Both the position numbers and the translations under genes were made by a program. The notes beneath the pieces are model-generated. The model did no database searches and was not told the DNA's origin. It saw only the letters and a program-made list of their open reading frames with translations. A DNA stretch of 63,880 bases, the filler included, from an uncultured bacterium (GTDB lineage: Bacteria > Auribacterota > CAZIXI01), in assembly GCA_964543115.1 (NCBI GenBank). It is 7 parts of 7 records of this genome, joined end to end, with 100 filler letters (N's around TTAATTAATTAA, not from the genome) between each part and the next. Parts side by side here need not be neighbours in the genome. Positions count along the whole stretch, not along the records: positions 38,803 to 47,754 come from CAZIXI010000136.1; positions 47,855 to 56,796 come from CAZIXI010000137.1; 5 more parts are not named here. One strand, 5' to 3'. Each line of letters opens with the position of its first letter. Within the stretch, counting starts at the first letter, position 1. Shown here piece after piece: positions 40,442 through 50,379 of the stretch.

Positions 40442-42244
40442 CTAGTGTTTTTCTGATTCCCGGTTCAAGACCTCTTGCTTTTCATGCAAACTGAGCCACT
40501 GGTCCTCTTCAGCCGCGATCAGGGTTTTTAATTCTTCATAACGCTCGTTTTGCTCATGGGTCCAGGCGGACTGGTCCCGGCTGATCAGGCTGTACTCTTC
40601 CCTAAGCAGTTTCAGCGTTTCTTCACACTTGCGGATAAGCGCCTTGAGCTTGACCCTTTCTGTTTTAAGCTCTTTTTTGAGCTGATAAGAAGATTTTCCC
40701 TTTTTTTTCGTTTTTTGTGATCCCTCAGCCCCCTGCTTCAGGTCCTGCTGTATATTCAGCTCAAGCTGATATACATAGTCTTCATAACTGCCCATATAAT
40801 TTTTTACCGCGCCGTTATTCACTTCCACGATCTCAGTGGTCACCAGATTAACAAATGTCCGGTCATGACTGACAAAAAAAAGCGTGCCCGCAAATTTCCT
40901 CAGAGCTTCTCCGAGGGCCTCAACAGTCTCGAAATCAAGATGGTTTGTCGGTTCATCAAGCAAAAGCACCTGGTTCTTGGCCAGCAGAAGCCCGGCCAGG
41001 CACAGCCTGGCCCGTTCCCCGCCGCTTAACACTGAAATCTTTTTCTTCACGTCATCACCCCGGAAAAGAAAGCTGCCGGCGAAATCAAGGATATCCTGCC
41101 CGGTGACTGACGAATCAGACTCACCCAGAAGATATTCGTAAACGCTTCTTTCAGGATTAAGCGCCGCAAATACATGCTGGACATAATATCCCACTTTAAG
41201 ACCGTAGCCCCATTTAAACGAACCGTTCCTGGGCGCCAGGTCCTCGGCCAGTGTGCGCAGAAGGGTTGTCTTCCCCTGGCCGTTATCGCCCAAAACCGCG
41301 ACATGCGAACCCTGATAGACCTCCAAATTAATACCGCCGGCCACCGTATTGTGTTCGTACCCTATCGTAAGATCAGCTACGCTGAGCGCGACCGCGTTCT
41401 TTTTGTTAACGGGAGGGATCTTTATCCGTACATTTCCCAACGGATGGTCCACCTCTATAGTCTTGAGCTTCTCTTTCTGCTTTAATTTAGCCTGGGCCTG
41501 GCTGGCCTTGCTGGCCTTGTAGCGAAAACGGTCGACAAACTGCTGCAGCTGTTTTTGCTTTGCCACAATGCCTTTGTTGTAATTGATCGCGTGCGCCTTT
41601 TGCTCTTCCTTAAATATCAGGTATTGCTCCACGGTTCCCGGATAGAGCCTGAAACCGCCCTTTTCGATTTCCAGCGTATGTTTACATGTTTTTTTCAGAA
41701 ATTCCCGGTCATGGGAAACAATCAGAAAACCGCCTTTGTAATCCAGTAAAAACTCTTCCAGGAGGATAAGCGTTTTCAGGTCCAGGTAATTGGAAGGCTC
41801 ATCCATAATAAGAAAATTCGGCTCAGTCAACAGCATGGAAGCAAGTTTTACCCGGGTCCGATACCCTCCGGGCAATTCGCCGATAACGGCCCGGAGCAGC
41901 TCATTTTTTAACTGAAAGCGGGCCGCGATTTTTCCGCATTGCCACTCTTCCTTTCCCGTATAGCGCCGGAGGAACCCGATTACGCTTTCACTGAGCTCAT
42001 AGGGATCATGCTGCTCCAGATAGGCGAGATGAAAACCGGGGCTTTTTTGCATGGTGCCGCCGTCAAAACTGTCCTCACCGGTAATGATGTTACACAAAGT
42101 CGATTTACCGGCTCCGTTGCGCCCGATCACACCGATTTTCTGGCCCGCGAAAACAGATAAATCCGCGTCATCCAGGATTACCTGCGGCCCGTATGCTTTA
42201 TGGATGGATTTTAACTGAAAAAGCGTTTTCATGACCGATATCAT
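40442..42244 (-). CDS. ABC-F family ribosome-associated ATPase
   Basis: Two NBDs (GRNGAGKS, GDNGQGKT), DEPSNYLD / DEPTNHLD, PtIM linker, no TM domain. Confidence 0.95.
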   Translation of the reverse strand: MISVMKTLFQLKSIHKAYGPQVILDDADLSVFAGQKIGVIGRNGAGKSTLCNIITGEDSFDGGTMQKSPGFHLAYLEQHDPYELSESVIGFLRRYTGKEEWQCGKIAARFQLKNELLRAVIGELPGGYRTRVKLASMLLTEPNFLIMDEPSNYLDLKTLILLEEFLLDYKGGFLIVSHDREFLKKTCKHTLEIEKGGFRLYPGTVEQYLIFKEEQKAHAINYNKGIVAKQKQLQQFVDRFRYKASKASQAQAKLKQKEKLKTIEVDHPLGNVRIKIPPVNKKNAVALSVADLTIGYEHNTVAGGINLEVYQGSHVAVLGDNGQGKTTLLRTLAEDLAPRNGSFKWGYGLKVGYYVQHVFAALNPERSVYEYLLGESDSSVTGQDILDFAGSFLFRGDDVKKKISVLSGGERARLCLAGLLLAKNQVLLLDEPTNHLDFETVEALGEALRKFAGTLFFVSHDRTFVNLVTTEIVEVNNGAVKNYMGSYEDYVYQLELNIQQDLKQGAEGSQKTKKKGKSSYQLKKELKTERVKLKALIRKCEETLKLLREEYSLISRDQSAWTHEQNERYEELKTLIAAEEDQWLSLHEKQEVLNRESEKH

Positions 42245-42345
42245 AAATGATTTTCGAAAAATAAACCATCTTTTTTATGGCAATAGATCCCGCGCCTGTT
42301 TATTGTCTTTACGCCCACCCGCTCAATTTAATATAATAAATCTCA

Positions 42346-42606
42346 ATGAACGACAATCTTGAAAGAAACCTTGGCGAACAGCCTCTAGCTAAAATCATGG
42401 CGGAATACACCGTTAAGGACGGCAGTCAACCCGGCCTGAAAGCGCACGATCTTGTGCTTGCCTCAGAAGAACAGTTAACGCATAAAATGGTTAGCCGCGC
42501 GATAAAAGGGAGAAGATTAACTCCCCGCGTACAACAAAAGATCCTAAACGCGTTAAATAAACTCAGCGGAAATAACTTTTCGCTTAAGGATCTCTTCAAC
42601 TATTGA
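42346..42606 (+). CDS. Small conserved hypothetical protein (HTH-like; recalled from PVC genomes)
   Basis: GEQPL...HDLV.AS.EQLTHKMV.RA.KGRRLT...DLFNY pattern. Confidence 0.7.
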   Translation: MNDNLERNLGEQPLAKIMAEYTVKDGSQPGLKAHDLVLASEEQLTHKMVSRAIKGRRLTPRVQQKILNALNKLSGNNFSLKDLFNY

Positions 42607-42620
42607 CCGGCTTAACCCAA

Positions 42621-44174
42621 ATGAAAAATAACACTAAAATCGGCTACGCGGATATTTCTTTAAATCTTCCCACTGATTACTCGGACGATCAGATAGAAAA
42701 GAGAATTCGCTCTAAACTCAAGATAAAGGAATTTTCCTGGCAGATTGAAAGAAAAAGCCTTGATGCCAGAAAAAAGAACAATATCCGCTGGCAAATCCGC
42801 GCTTCGGTGTTCTCCAAGGAGCTTAAGGTCCCCCTGCCCCCTACACCACCGCCGCTCGGCATTCCCCATAGAAAAAGAAGTGAAAAAGCGGTTGTTGTGG
42901 GCAGCGGCCCCGCCGGATTCTTTTCCGCGTTCATCCTGCAAAAAGCGGGATTCAACACAACCCTGATCGAAAGAGGCTCAGGCATCGCGAAACGCGCCCA
43001 GGGAATAAGTGATTTCGAAAGCACCGGAATATTCAACCCAGTTAACAACTATGCCTTCGGCGAAGGCGGCGCGGGCACTTTTTCCGACGGGAAACTCACT
43101 TCCAGATCTAAACATATAGCAAGAGAAAGACAGTTTATATTATCCAGTTACATTGCCGCCGGCGCTCCCGGCGAAATAGCCTATATGTCGCACCCGCACC
43201 TGGGAACGGACAACCTCCGGATAATCGTACATAAATTACGGGAAGAATTCCTGAAAAGCGGCGGGCAGATCCTCTTTGAAACATTAGTGGAAGACCTGAG
43301 CATCGTTAAGGGAACTGTACATGAAGCAATAACCACATCCGGGGCAATAAAGGCGGATATATTTATTATCGCTCCCGGCCATTCCGCTTATGATACACTC
43401 AGAATGCTCATCAAAAGAGGAATACAGTTCCGCACAAAGAATTTTGCCGTCGGGGCCAGGGTGGAACATCCCCAAGAACTTATTAATAAAGCGCAATGGG
43501 GACGGAAAACGCTGCCCGGGGTAAAGGCCGCCGAGTACCGTCTTAGCGCAAAAGGAAAAGACAGCCTGCCGGTATACACTTTTTGCATGTGCCCCGGCGG
43601 AACCATTGTGCCGGCGGCCGCATACGGCAATCTGAATATAGTAAACGGCCTCAGCCAGTATAAACGATCAGATAAATTCGCCAATGCTGCCTGCGTAGCG
43701 GGAATCAACCTGGATAAACTAACCGGCAATGAGACAACGCCGCCGGAGGCGCTTAACTGGCTGGAAGCCCTGGAGAAACGTTTCTATCAATATTCAAACG
43801 GCTACCAGGCGCCGTTTTGCCGGATAGAAGATTTTATTAACAGGAAAGAGTCTTCAGAGCTTATTGAATCAAGCTATCCCCTGGGCCTAAAACCCGCGCC
43901 TCTATGGGACCTGCTTCCTGCGAAAATAAGCGCTGCCCTTAGCTTCGGACTGAAAGATTTCAGCAAGAAATTAAAAGGATTTGAAACCGGCGCCATTATA
44001 GGCCTGGAAAGTAAGACCTCATCCCCTATCCAGGCACTGCGCGAAGAAAATGGCCTTTGCCCGGGTTTTAGTAATCTATATATAGCAGGGGAAGGCAGCG
44101 GCTATTCAGGCGGCATCATCTCAAGCGGCGCGGATGGCATAAAAGCGGCTTTAAAAATAGCGGCAAATACTTAG
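42621..44174 (+). CDS. FAD-dependent oxidoreductase (COG2509-like)
   Basis: GSGPAG, FGEGGAGTFSDGKL, FCMCPGG and GEGSGYSGGIISS motifs. Confidence 0.9.
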   Translation: MKNNTKIGYADISLNLPTDYSDDQIEKRIRSKLKIKEFSWQIERKSLDARKKNNIRWQIRASVFSKELKVPLPPTPPPLGIPHRKRSEKAVVVGSGPAGFFSAFILQKAGFNTTLIERGSGIAKRAQGISDFESTGIFNPVNNYAFGEGGAGTFSDGKLTSRSKHIARERQFILSSYIAAGAPGEIAYMSHPHLGTDNLRIIVHKLREEFLKSGGQILFETLVEDLSIVKGTVHEAITTSGAIKADIFIIAPGHSAYDTLRMLIKRGIQFRTKNFAVGARVEHPQELINKAQWGRKTLPGVKAAEYRLSAKGKDSLPVYTFCMCPGGTIVPAAAYGNLNIVNGLSQYKRSDKFANAACVAGINLDKLTGNETTPPEALNWLEALEKRFYQYSNGYQAPFCRIEDFINRKESSELIESSYPLGLKPAPLWDLLPAKISAALSFGLKDFSKKLKGFETGAIIGLESKTSSPIQALREENGLCPGFSNLYIAGEGSGYSGGIISSGADGIKAALKIAANT

Positions 44175-44235
44175 ATCCCTTAGAGCGGTTTTGCCCTGTT
44201 CGCTTTGGCGGCAGATCGGCAAGTATTCCTTTCTG

Positions 44236-44814
44236 TTAAATAATATCGCAGCCTATACTCTGGAGTAATATTGCTAATTTTGCTAACGGCAGGCCCACTA
44301 CGTTATAATAACATCCCTCAATCCGGTCTATAAACATACCCCCGAGGCCCTGGATGTCAAAACTGCCCGCCTTATCTAAGGGACGGGCCTTTCTTATATA
44401 CCCCTTTATCTCCTTTTCGCTTAAGCGGCGCATATGTATTTTTGTCTTATCGTAACCGGTAACGATCGTCTCTTTATCAATATCAATAACCGCCAGGCCC
44501 GTATATACCCAATGGGTAGTGTTGGAAAGTAATTTTAAATTTCTAACGGCGTCCCGTTTATTTTTCGGTTTACCGATTATTCTCTTTCCCGTAAGCACTA
44601 CCGTATCAGCGCTAATCACTACCCCGCTTTTATGCCTTTTAGCGACATTTTTCGCCTTTTTCAGGGCGTTTTCAATCACCAGATGAGCGCACCCGTTTTT
44701 TAGTTTACGGCTCTCTTTTACCGCCGGTACTGCTGTCCGGAACTTCAGGCCCAGCTGTTTTAACAATTGCCGTCTGGCCCTTGACTGTGTGGCTAATATT
44801 ATTTTCTTACGCAT
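44236..44814 (-). CDS. maf: Maf-family nucleoside triphosphate pyrophosphatase
   Basis: LATQSRARR, ADTVV, DKAGSF.IQG and NVVGLP motifs. Confidence 0.93.
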   Translation of the reverse strand: MRKKIILATQSRARRQLLKQLGLKFRTAVPAVKESRKLKNGCAHLVIENALKKAKNVAKRHKSGVVISADTVVLTGKRIIGKPKNKRDAVRNLKLLSNTTHWVYTGLAVIDIDKETIVTGYDKTKIHMRRLSEKEIKGYIRKARPLDKAGSFDIQGLGGMFIDRIEGCYYNVVGLPLAKLAILLQSIGCDII

Positions 44815-46120
44815 AAGCCGCTGATTCTCCCGCCAGATAACCCGTTGAAAACGCCTGCTGCAGGTTATACCCGCCGCTGGGCGCCGCCCCGTCTATCAAT
44901 TCACCAGCGAAAAAAAGACCGGGCACAATCTTTGACTCCATTGTCTTGGGATTTATTTCTTTAGTGGAAACCCCGCCGCAGGTAACCATGGCATCTTCCA
45001 TGCGCAAAGCGCCGGTCACGGTCAAGGGAAGGTGTTTCAGGTAATGTCTGATTATACTCCTTTCCTTTTGAGTTAGCTGGTTTAATTTCTTATCATGCTC
45101 CAGTCCGGATAAAAGGATAAATACCGGAATTAAATTCGCCGGCAGCAGGTCCTTCAGCGCGTTTTTTAATATCATTTTGCCGTTCACGACAATATCATTT
45201 AACAGCCTTTTTTCTAACTGTTCATCGCTTAAGCCGGGTTTAAGGTCCAGGGAAAGCCCCACTCCACTTTTCTCCTTAAGGAGATGAACGATTTTAGCGC
45301 TTAAATCCAATACCAGCGGACCCGATATTCCGAAATGGGTAAAGATCAATTCACCTATTGGTGAAGTGATCTTTTTTCTGCCCTGCGTAAATGTCAATTT
45401 AACGTTTCTTAGCGCCAGGCCCCGCACGTCCCTCACCCAGAGTTCTTTGGTCTTTAGCGGTACCAGGCCGGGCAGAAGAGCCGTTATCGTATGTCCCAGT
45501 TTTTTTGCCAGCGCAAAACCGTCTCCAGTTGAACCGGTTTTTTTAAATGAAAGCCCGCCCGTAGTCAGAATAAGTTTTCTGGCCTTAAGTTTTGCCTTAG
45601 CGGCGGAACCTTTAACCAATTCCAGCAGGAAAAAATCAGCTTTTTTCTCTACCCCGGCCAGACTAGTGGCATAGAATATTTTAATATTGTTTTCAATGAC
45701 GGATTTATTAAGGATTTCCACAACCGAGCCGGCGCTGTCGGTAACGGGAAAAACACGGCCCTGCCTCTCTGTTTTCAACTTGAGGCCGTTTGATTCAAAA
45801 TACTCCATTAAATCCCGGTTAGAAAACGTATTAAAAGCGGATCTTAAAAACAATCCCTGTTGGCCGAATTTATCCATAAAATCGCCGATAGATGCGCTGT
45901 TAGTGACATTGCATCTGCCTTTACCCGTCAGGAGGATTTTACTGCCGATAGAATTGTTTTTTTCGATCAGCACGGTATTTTTCCCGCATTGCCCGGCACG
46001 AACCGCGGCCAGGCAGCCGGCGGCTCCGGCTCCGATAACGGCTATATCATAAATTTTATTCAGGGATTCTTTCATGGAAACACTGTTCAACTCATTTTTT
46101 GCGCCTGCGTAAAATAGCAC
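44807..46120 (-). CDS. HI0933/YhiN/BaiN-family flavoprotein
   Basis: GAGAAG, TGKGRCNVTN, FTHFGISGP and GGYNLQQAFSTG motifs. The start may be the ATG at 46075. Confidence 0.93.
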   Translation of the reverse strand: MLFYAGAKNELNSVSMKESLNKIYDIAVIGAGAAGCLAAVRAGQCGKNTVLIEKNNSIGSKILLTGKGRCNVTNSASIGDFMDKFGQQGLFLRSAFNTFSNRDLMEYFESNGLKLKTERQGRVFPVTDSAGSVVEILNKSVIENNIKIFYATSLAGVEKKADFFLLELVKGSAAKAKLKARKLILTTGGLSFKKTGSTGDGFALAKKLGHTITALLPGLVPLKTKELWVRDVRGLALRNVKLTFTQGRKKITSPIGELIFTHFGISGPLVLDLSAKIVHLLKEKSGVGLSLDLKPGLSDEQLEKRLLNDIVVNGKMILKNALKDLLPANLIPVFILLSGLEHDKKLNQLTQKERSIIRHYLKHLPLTVTGALRMEDAMVTCGGVSTKEINPKTMESKIVPGLFFAGELIDGAAPSGGYNLQQAFSTGYLAGESAAYA

Positions 46121-47306
46121 AATCAGGCAAAACTACCCCTTCGCTAAAAGACACGGTTACTGTTGTTCCACACTGCGCTCCTGCCAGCTTTTCCCCGTTC
46201 AAATCACTGCAACTATCAGCGGATACAACACCGCCTGTCATTTCGGGCCCTATCCATTCCACCGGTTCATTCAGAGAGAAAGGATTCTTCACTGATATGG
46301 TGTGGGTATTTTCCGAAACAGCGTTCACAACTCCCAGAACCTCACAGGTACTCTCAGGACGATTGTGCGTTTGCAAAGACCCGGGAGTTTTAACGGGATA
46401 ACCAAAGGCAAAACCCACGCCATAGGGCCTGTGACTCACCGCTTCAAGTTCTCTCAGCCATTCCGGCTCTACGCTGTATTTACCAGGGTTTTCGGCATAA
46501 CTATCCAGGGCGGCGCGATAAACCCTGGTAACGGTAGCCACATAGGATTCACTCTTCATCCGACCCTCAACCTTAAATGAAGCTATCCGGCCCTCCATAA
46601 GTTCCGGAATGTGCCCCAACAAGCACAGGTCCGTTGAACCGAGAAATATTGTTTCCCGCCCGGTTTCAAAAACAGGCACAGTTTCTCCGGGGCGTTTTTC
46701 TTCTACCAGCTGCCATTCCCAGCGGCAGGAGTGTTTGCATTTGCCTCTTGAGGCGCTTTGTCCGCAAAGATGAGCCGATAATATGCACCTCCCGGAAATA
46801 GCCATGCACATAGAACCATGAACAAATACTTCAACTTCAACTCCGCTTGCATTCGCGATCTCTTTGGCCTGCGCTAGAGTGCATTCCCGCGCAAGTACAA
46901 CTCTTTTGGCCCCGGCTCTTTTCCAAAATTCAGCGGAAACAGCGTTAGCTGTACTCATCTGAGTAGAAATATGAATACTCAATTCCGGGCGCGTTTCTCT
47001 AATCAAGGTAAACGCACCCGTATCGGAAACGATTACCGCGTCAAACAAAAGATCTTTAGTTTCCCTGAGCCAGCGTTTCAGCTGTTCCAGATCTTCCCGG
47101 AACATCATACTATTTATGCCGACATATATCTTTTTACCCCGCGAATGCGCATAGCTGAGCGCTTCCGCTAACGCAGAGGCGGTAAACGAGGCCTCATCGG
47201 GCCGCATGGACATTCCCGTGGCGCCGACATAAACGGCATCAGCGCCATAAGCCAGGGCTATCCGCAGCTTAGAAAAATTACCGGCAGGAATCAGCAGTTC
47301 AGGCAT
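46092..47306 (-). CDS. U32-family peptidase-like protein (TrhP-like tRNA hydroxylation)
   Basis: ELLIPAG, HISTQ, LARE, CMAISGRC...CKHSCRW and KVEGRMKS motifs. The start at 47306 overlaps the dus stop. Confidence 0.9.
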   Translation of the reverse strand: MPELLIPAGNFSKLRIALAYGADAVYVGATGMSMRPDEASFTASALAEALSYAHSRGKKIYVGINSMMFREDLEQLKRWLRETKDLLFDAVIVSDTGAFTLIRETRPELSIHISTQMSTANAVSAEFWKRAGAKRVVLARECTLAQAKEIANASGVEVEVFVHGSMCMAISGRCILSAHLCGQSASRGKCKHSCRWEWQLVEEKRPGETVPVFETGRETIFLGSTDLCLLGHIPELMEGRIASFKVEGRMKSESYVATVTRVYRAALDSYAENPGKYSVEPEWLRELEAVSHRPYGVGFAFGYPVKTPGSLQTHNRPESTCEVLGVVNAVSENTHTISVKNPFSLNEPVEWIGPEMTGGVVSADSCSDLNGEKLAGAQCGTTVTVSFSEGVVLPDCAILRRRKK

Positions 47307-47754
47307 AACAATTCCCTTTATTATCCGCATTCCAGATTTCCGGAAGACGGCGTATCTTTTCCAGACAGCGGAATTCCTCTATTAAATTTATCATATCTTC
47401 CGGTTCCCTAACACCATATATCTTTCTCCTTAACGGCCTTACATTCGAATAATTATGAGTATACCACACATACATTTTACGGAATTTGACTATACTTAGA
47501 GATGCACCGAAATAATCAAGATAGAGCCTGAAATGCTCTTTCATAGTTTCCGCGACGGTATTAATATCAGGATGTTCCATGATTGTATTATTTTTAATTA
47601 ATTCGTATATCCCCTTAAAGATCCAGGGGTTGCCGATGGCTCCGCGGGCCACCATAATGCCGTCACAGCCCGTTTCAGTAAACATCTTTTTCGCCAGCAG
47701 CGGACTAAAGATATTTCCGCTGCCGATAACCGGAACCCTGACCTTCTCTTTCAT
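47299..47754 (-). CDS. dusB: tRNA-dihydrouridine synthase (DusB-like), 5' truncated
   Basis: VPVIGSGNI, DGIMVARGAIGNPWIF and RKMYVWY motifs. Confidence 0.88.
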   Translation of the reverse strand: MKEKVRVPVIGSGNIFSPLLAKKMFTETGCDGIMVARGAIGNPWIFKGIYELIKNNTIMEHPDINTVAETMKEHFRLYLDYFGASLSIVKFRKMYVWYTHNYSNVRPLRRKIYGVREPEDMINLIEEFRCLEKIRRLPEIWNADNKGNCYA

Positions 47755-47854
47755 NNNNNNNNNNNNNNNNNNNNNNNNNNNNNNNNNNNNNNNNNNNNTT
47801 AATTAATTAANNNNNNNNNNNNNNNNNNNNNNNNNNNNNNNNNNNNNNNNNNNN
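47755..47854. other. Artificial contig linker
   Basis: N44-TTAATTAATTAA-N44. Confidence 0.98.
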
Positions 47855-48647
47855 TAAGGTAATTCAGTGCCCCGTCTTTGATGTCAAAGGCATGTAGATT
47901 AGTTATTCGTCCGTCTTTATGAGTTACCCTAATCCTTCCCGGCCAGCAGCCCCCGCGGTATTCCAGACGGGTGAGGTCAGTTAGTTTAATGCCGTTATTG
48001 CGGATAAGTTTTGTTGTCGCCTCCAGTTCCATGTTGAGGTGGCAGTAGAGGCCGATGATCAGTTTTATTTTATCGGCTATTTTTGGGTTCAAGGCGGCTA
48101 GTTTACAGAATCCCTGTACCTGACAAGGCAGGGCAACCAGGGCAAAATTGCCGGTTTTGCTTTTTATTTCTTCCAGGACTTTGTTTACCGGCACGATGGT
48201 GTAGCGGGATTGGCTGTTGTTGAGAATTTGTTTTCTGCTGGTGGCTAATAAAGGAATGGATTCCCAGGGGCTATTGCTGTCTCCTCCGGTGACGATGGCT
48301 CCGTTAATATAACCGATATCACAAAGGTAATCAAGCAGTCCGGTTACAATGCCGCCGCCGCTGGCATTATTCTTTATCTGTCCGTTGGCGGAGGAACTGA
48401 GATAGGTATCGTTATAGTTTCCTTCTAAATATTTTTCCGCCGGCGGTGTAGGGGTAAAAGCAGGATAATTTACTTCCCAGCCTGGGCAGCATTGAACACA
48501 AAGAGTGCAGTTGTTGCAGCTGTTATTGGTGCGGGGATAAAAATGCGCATCAAGGGTGATTGCCCTCTGGGGGCAGGCGGCCACACAGGTGCCGCAGCGG
48601 GCACAGAGATTATCGGCTGTAATTTGAGTAATGTTTTGGTATTTCAT
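47855..48647 (-). CDS. FrhB-like (F420 hydrogenase beta / 4Fe-4S) protein, 3' truncated
   Basis: Two CxxCxxCxxxCP motifs, SGGGIVT, SRYT, LPCQ, GLYC and YRGGCWPG. Confidence 0.85.
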
Positions 48648-48650
48648 AAT

Positions 48651-48708
48651 AAAAAAGGGAACAGCCAAAAAAAAGTGCCTGTCCCCTTTTTGGGTTGTCC
48701 CTTCTTTT
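48651..48708. repeat. REP-like hairpin, family D (GTGCCTGTCCCCTTTT core)
   Basis: AAGGGAACAGCC / GGTTGTCCCTT imperfect arms with GTGCCTGTCCCC between them. Confidence 0.45.
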
Positions 48709-49678
48709 ATCCCACGTAGATGATCTTGCTTCCCTGGGGTTCAAACTTGAATTCTGTTTCTACTAAATCAGCGAGGGCCCTGCGGACGCTATCCTGTTTG
48801 TCCCGGGGGCAATAGAGCAGGAGGAATCCTCCGCCTCCGGCGCCCAGGATTTTGCCGCCGATCGCGCCGGCCTTGCGGGCGTTCTCATAATAGGTGTTGA
48901 TCTGATTGGTGGAAATGTTCTCGGCCAGCCGGCATTTATAGAGCCAGCCTTGATGCAGGATTTCACCAAAAGTATCCAGAGAATTACCGTTAAGAGTATC
49001 TCTCAGGGAAACAGCCAGATCTTTCATTTTTTTCAGAATGCTGAGATTATTAGTTGTCTGCTGTCTTTGTTCTGCAAGGATGCTATTGGCCCGCCGGGTG
49101 ATGCCGGTATAAAAAATAATAAGGTTTTCCTGCAATTGCTTTTTTGTGGCCGGAGAGCAGATTATCGGATCAATAAATACATCGTTATCGGACATAAACT
49201 GGATATGCTGCAGGCCGCCATAGGCGGCAATATATTGGTCCTGCTTGCCGATGGGTTCCTTTACGATATTGATTTCAATCTCACAGGCCTCACGGGCCAG
49301 AGTCTCGGCTGATTTATGTTCTCCCCGGTAGGCATAGAGGGCGTTTAAGAGGCCGACGAGGAAACTGCTGGAAGAGCCCAGGCCGGTGCCGCGGGAAGGG
49401 ATATCGGCAATAGAGGTTATTTCCACTCCACTGGTTACTCCTGTATATTTCATTGCCTCGCGGACCAGGTCATGCTGCAATTGATCTATATGGTCGACAA
49501 TCTCCGTTTTGGAGTAGCTGATTCTGATGTGATGGTCAAATTTTTTGTTTATTGTGATGTAAATATATTTATCAATTGCCGTACTCGTTACCGCGCCGGG
49601 GGATTGCCGGTAGAATTCCGCCAGATCAGTACCGCCGCCGGCAAAACTGATACGCAGGGGTGTTTTAGAAATTATCAT
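48707..49678 (-). CDS. hddA: GHMP sugar kinase (D-glycero-alpha-D-manno-heptose-7-phosphate kinase-like)
   Basis: PLRISFAGGGTD, GLGSSSS, GKQDQY and GAGGGGF motifs. Confidence 0.85.
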   Translation of the reverse strand: MIISKTPLRISFAGGGTDLAEFYRQSPGAVTSTAIDKYIYITINKKFDHHIRISYSKTEIVDHIDQLQHDLVREAMKYTGVTSGVEITSIADIPSRGTGLGSSSSFLVGLLNALYAYRGEHKSAETLAREACEIEINIVKEPIGKQDQYIAAYGGLQHIQFMSDNDVFIDPIICSPATKKQLQENLIIFYTGITRRANSILAEQRQQTTNNLSILKKMKDLAVSLRDTLNGNSLDTFGEILHQGWLYKCRLAENISTNQINTYYENARKAGAIGGKILGAGGGGFLLLYCPRDKQDSVRRALADLVETEFKFEPQGSKIIYVG

Positions 49679-49683
49679 GGTAT

Positions 49684-50379
49684 TTATGCTCCTAAATATT
49701 GTGAAAAGATTTCCAGCTTCTCCGCGGTGCCGATATCGTAAAATTTTGTTGACAGGGGATAACTTGCTAACTCCTGATTGGAAATAAGAACAGGATATAT
49801 TTCTCTTTCCAGTGATACTTCCCTCCCGGCGGGAATGAGCTCAAGCAGCTTCTTCCGGTAAATTGCCACGCCGGCATCGATATAATTTAAGTCTTTTGTC
49901 TTTTTGTCCCGGTTATAATTGGTTACAAGCTGATCATCGTTCAGCCGGATATTTCCCGGCTCCAGAAATTTCGAATTATTATAAGCCGCCAGCATGCCCA
50001 AATGATTCTGTTTGGTGAATGTGCTGATGAAATCCTGATAGTCCAGCGGCAAAAATGTATCCCCGTTAAGAACTATAAATTTGTCTGCCAGCAGCTCCTC
50101 TGCCTGTTTAAGCGCGCCGCCGGTACCCAGGAGCTTGTCCTTTTCCAGTGAATATTTTATATTGATTCCCCATTTTTTTCCATCATTAAAATATTCGGTG
50201 ATTCTTTCCCAGAGGCTGCCGGCACAGATAACAATATCTGTTAGCTGGTATTTTTTTAGATATAGCATAAGGTATTCGAGGAAAGGTTTTCCTTGCACCG
50301 GGGCCATGGGCTTGGGGATCCGGTAGGTGAGGGGACGCAGGCGGGTTCCTTTGCCGCCGGCAAGGATTACCGTTTGCAT
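49684..50379 (-). CDS. hddC: Nucleotidyltransferase (heptose-1-phosphate guanylyltransferase-like)
   Basis: LAGGKGTRL, PKPMA, LGTGGAL, NGDT and FYDIGT motifs; adjacent to the hddA-like gene. Confidence 0.8.
   Translation of the reverse strand: MQTVILAGGKGTRLRPLTYRIPKPMAPVQGKPFLEYLMLYLKKYQLTDIVICAGSLWERITEYFNDGKKWGINIKYSLEKDKLLGTGGALKQAEELLADKFIVLNGDTFLPLDYQDFISTFTKQNHLGMLAAYNNSKFLEPGNIRLNDDQLVTNYNRDKKTKDLNYIDAGVAIYRKKLLELIPAGREVSLEREIYPVLISNQELASYPLSTKFYDIGTAEKLEIFSQYLGA

Noticed and set aside
45585..45615. SAAKAK segment in the YhiN-like protein as another in-frame palindromic insert
   Set aside because: The hairpin is too weak, and without an alignment it cannot be distinguished from an ordinary loop.
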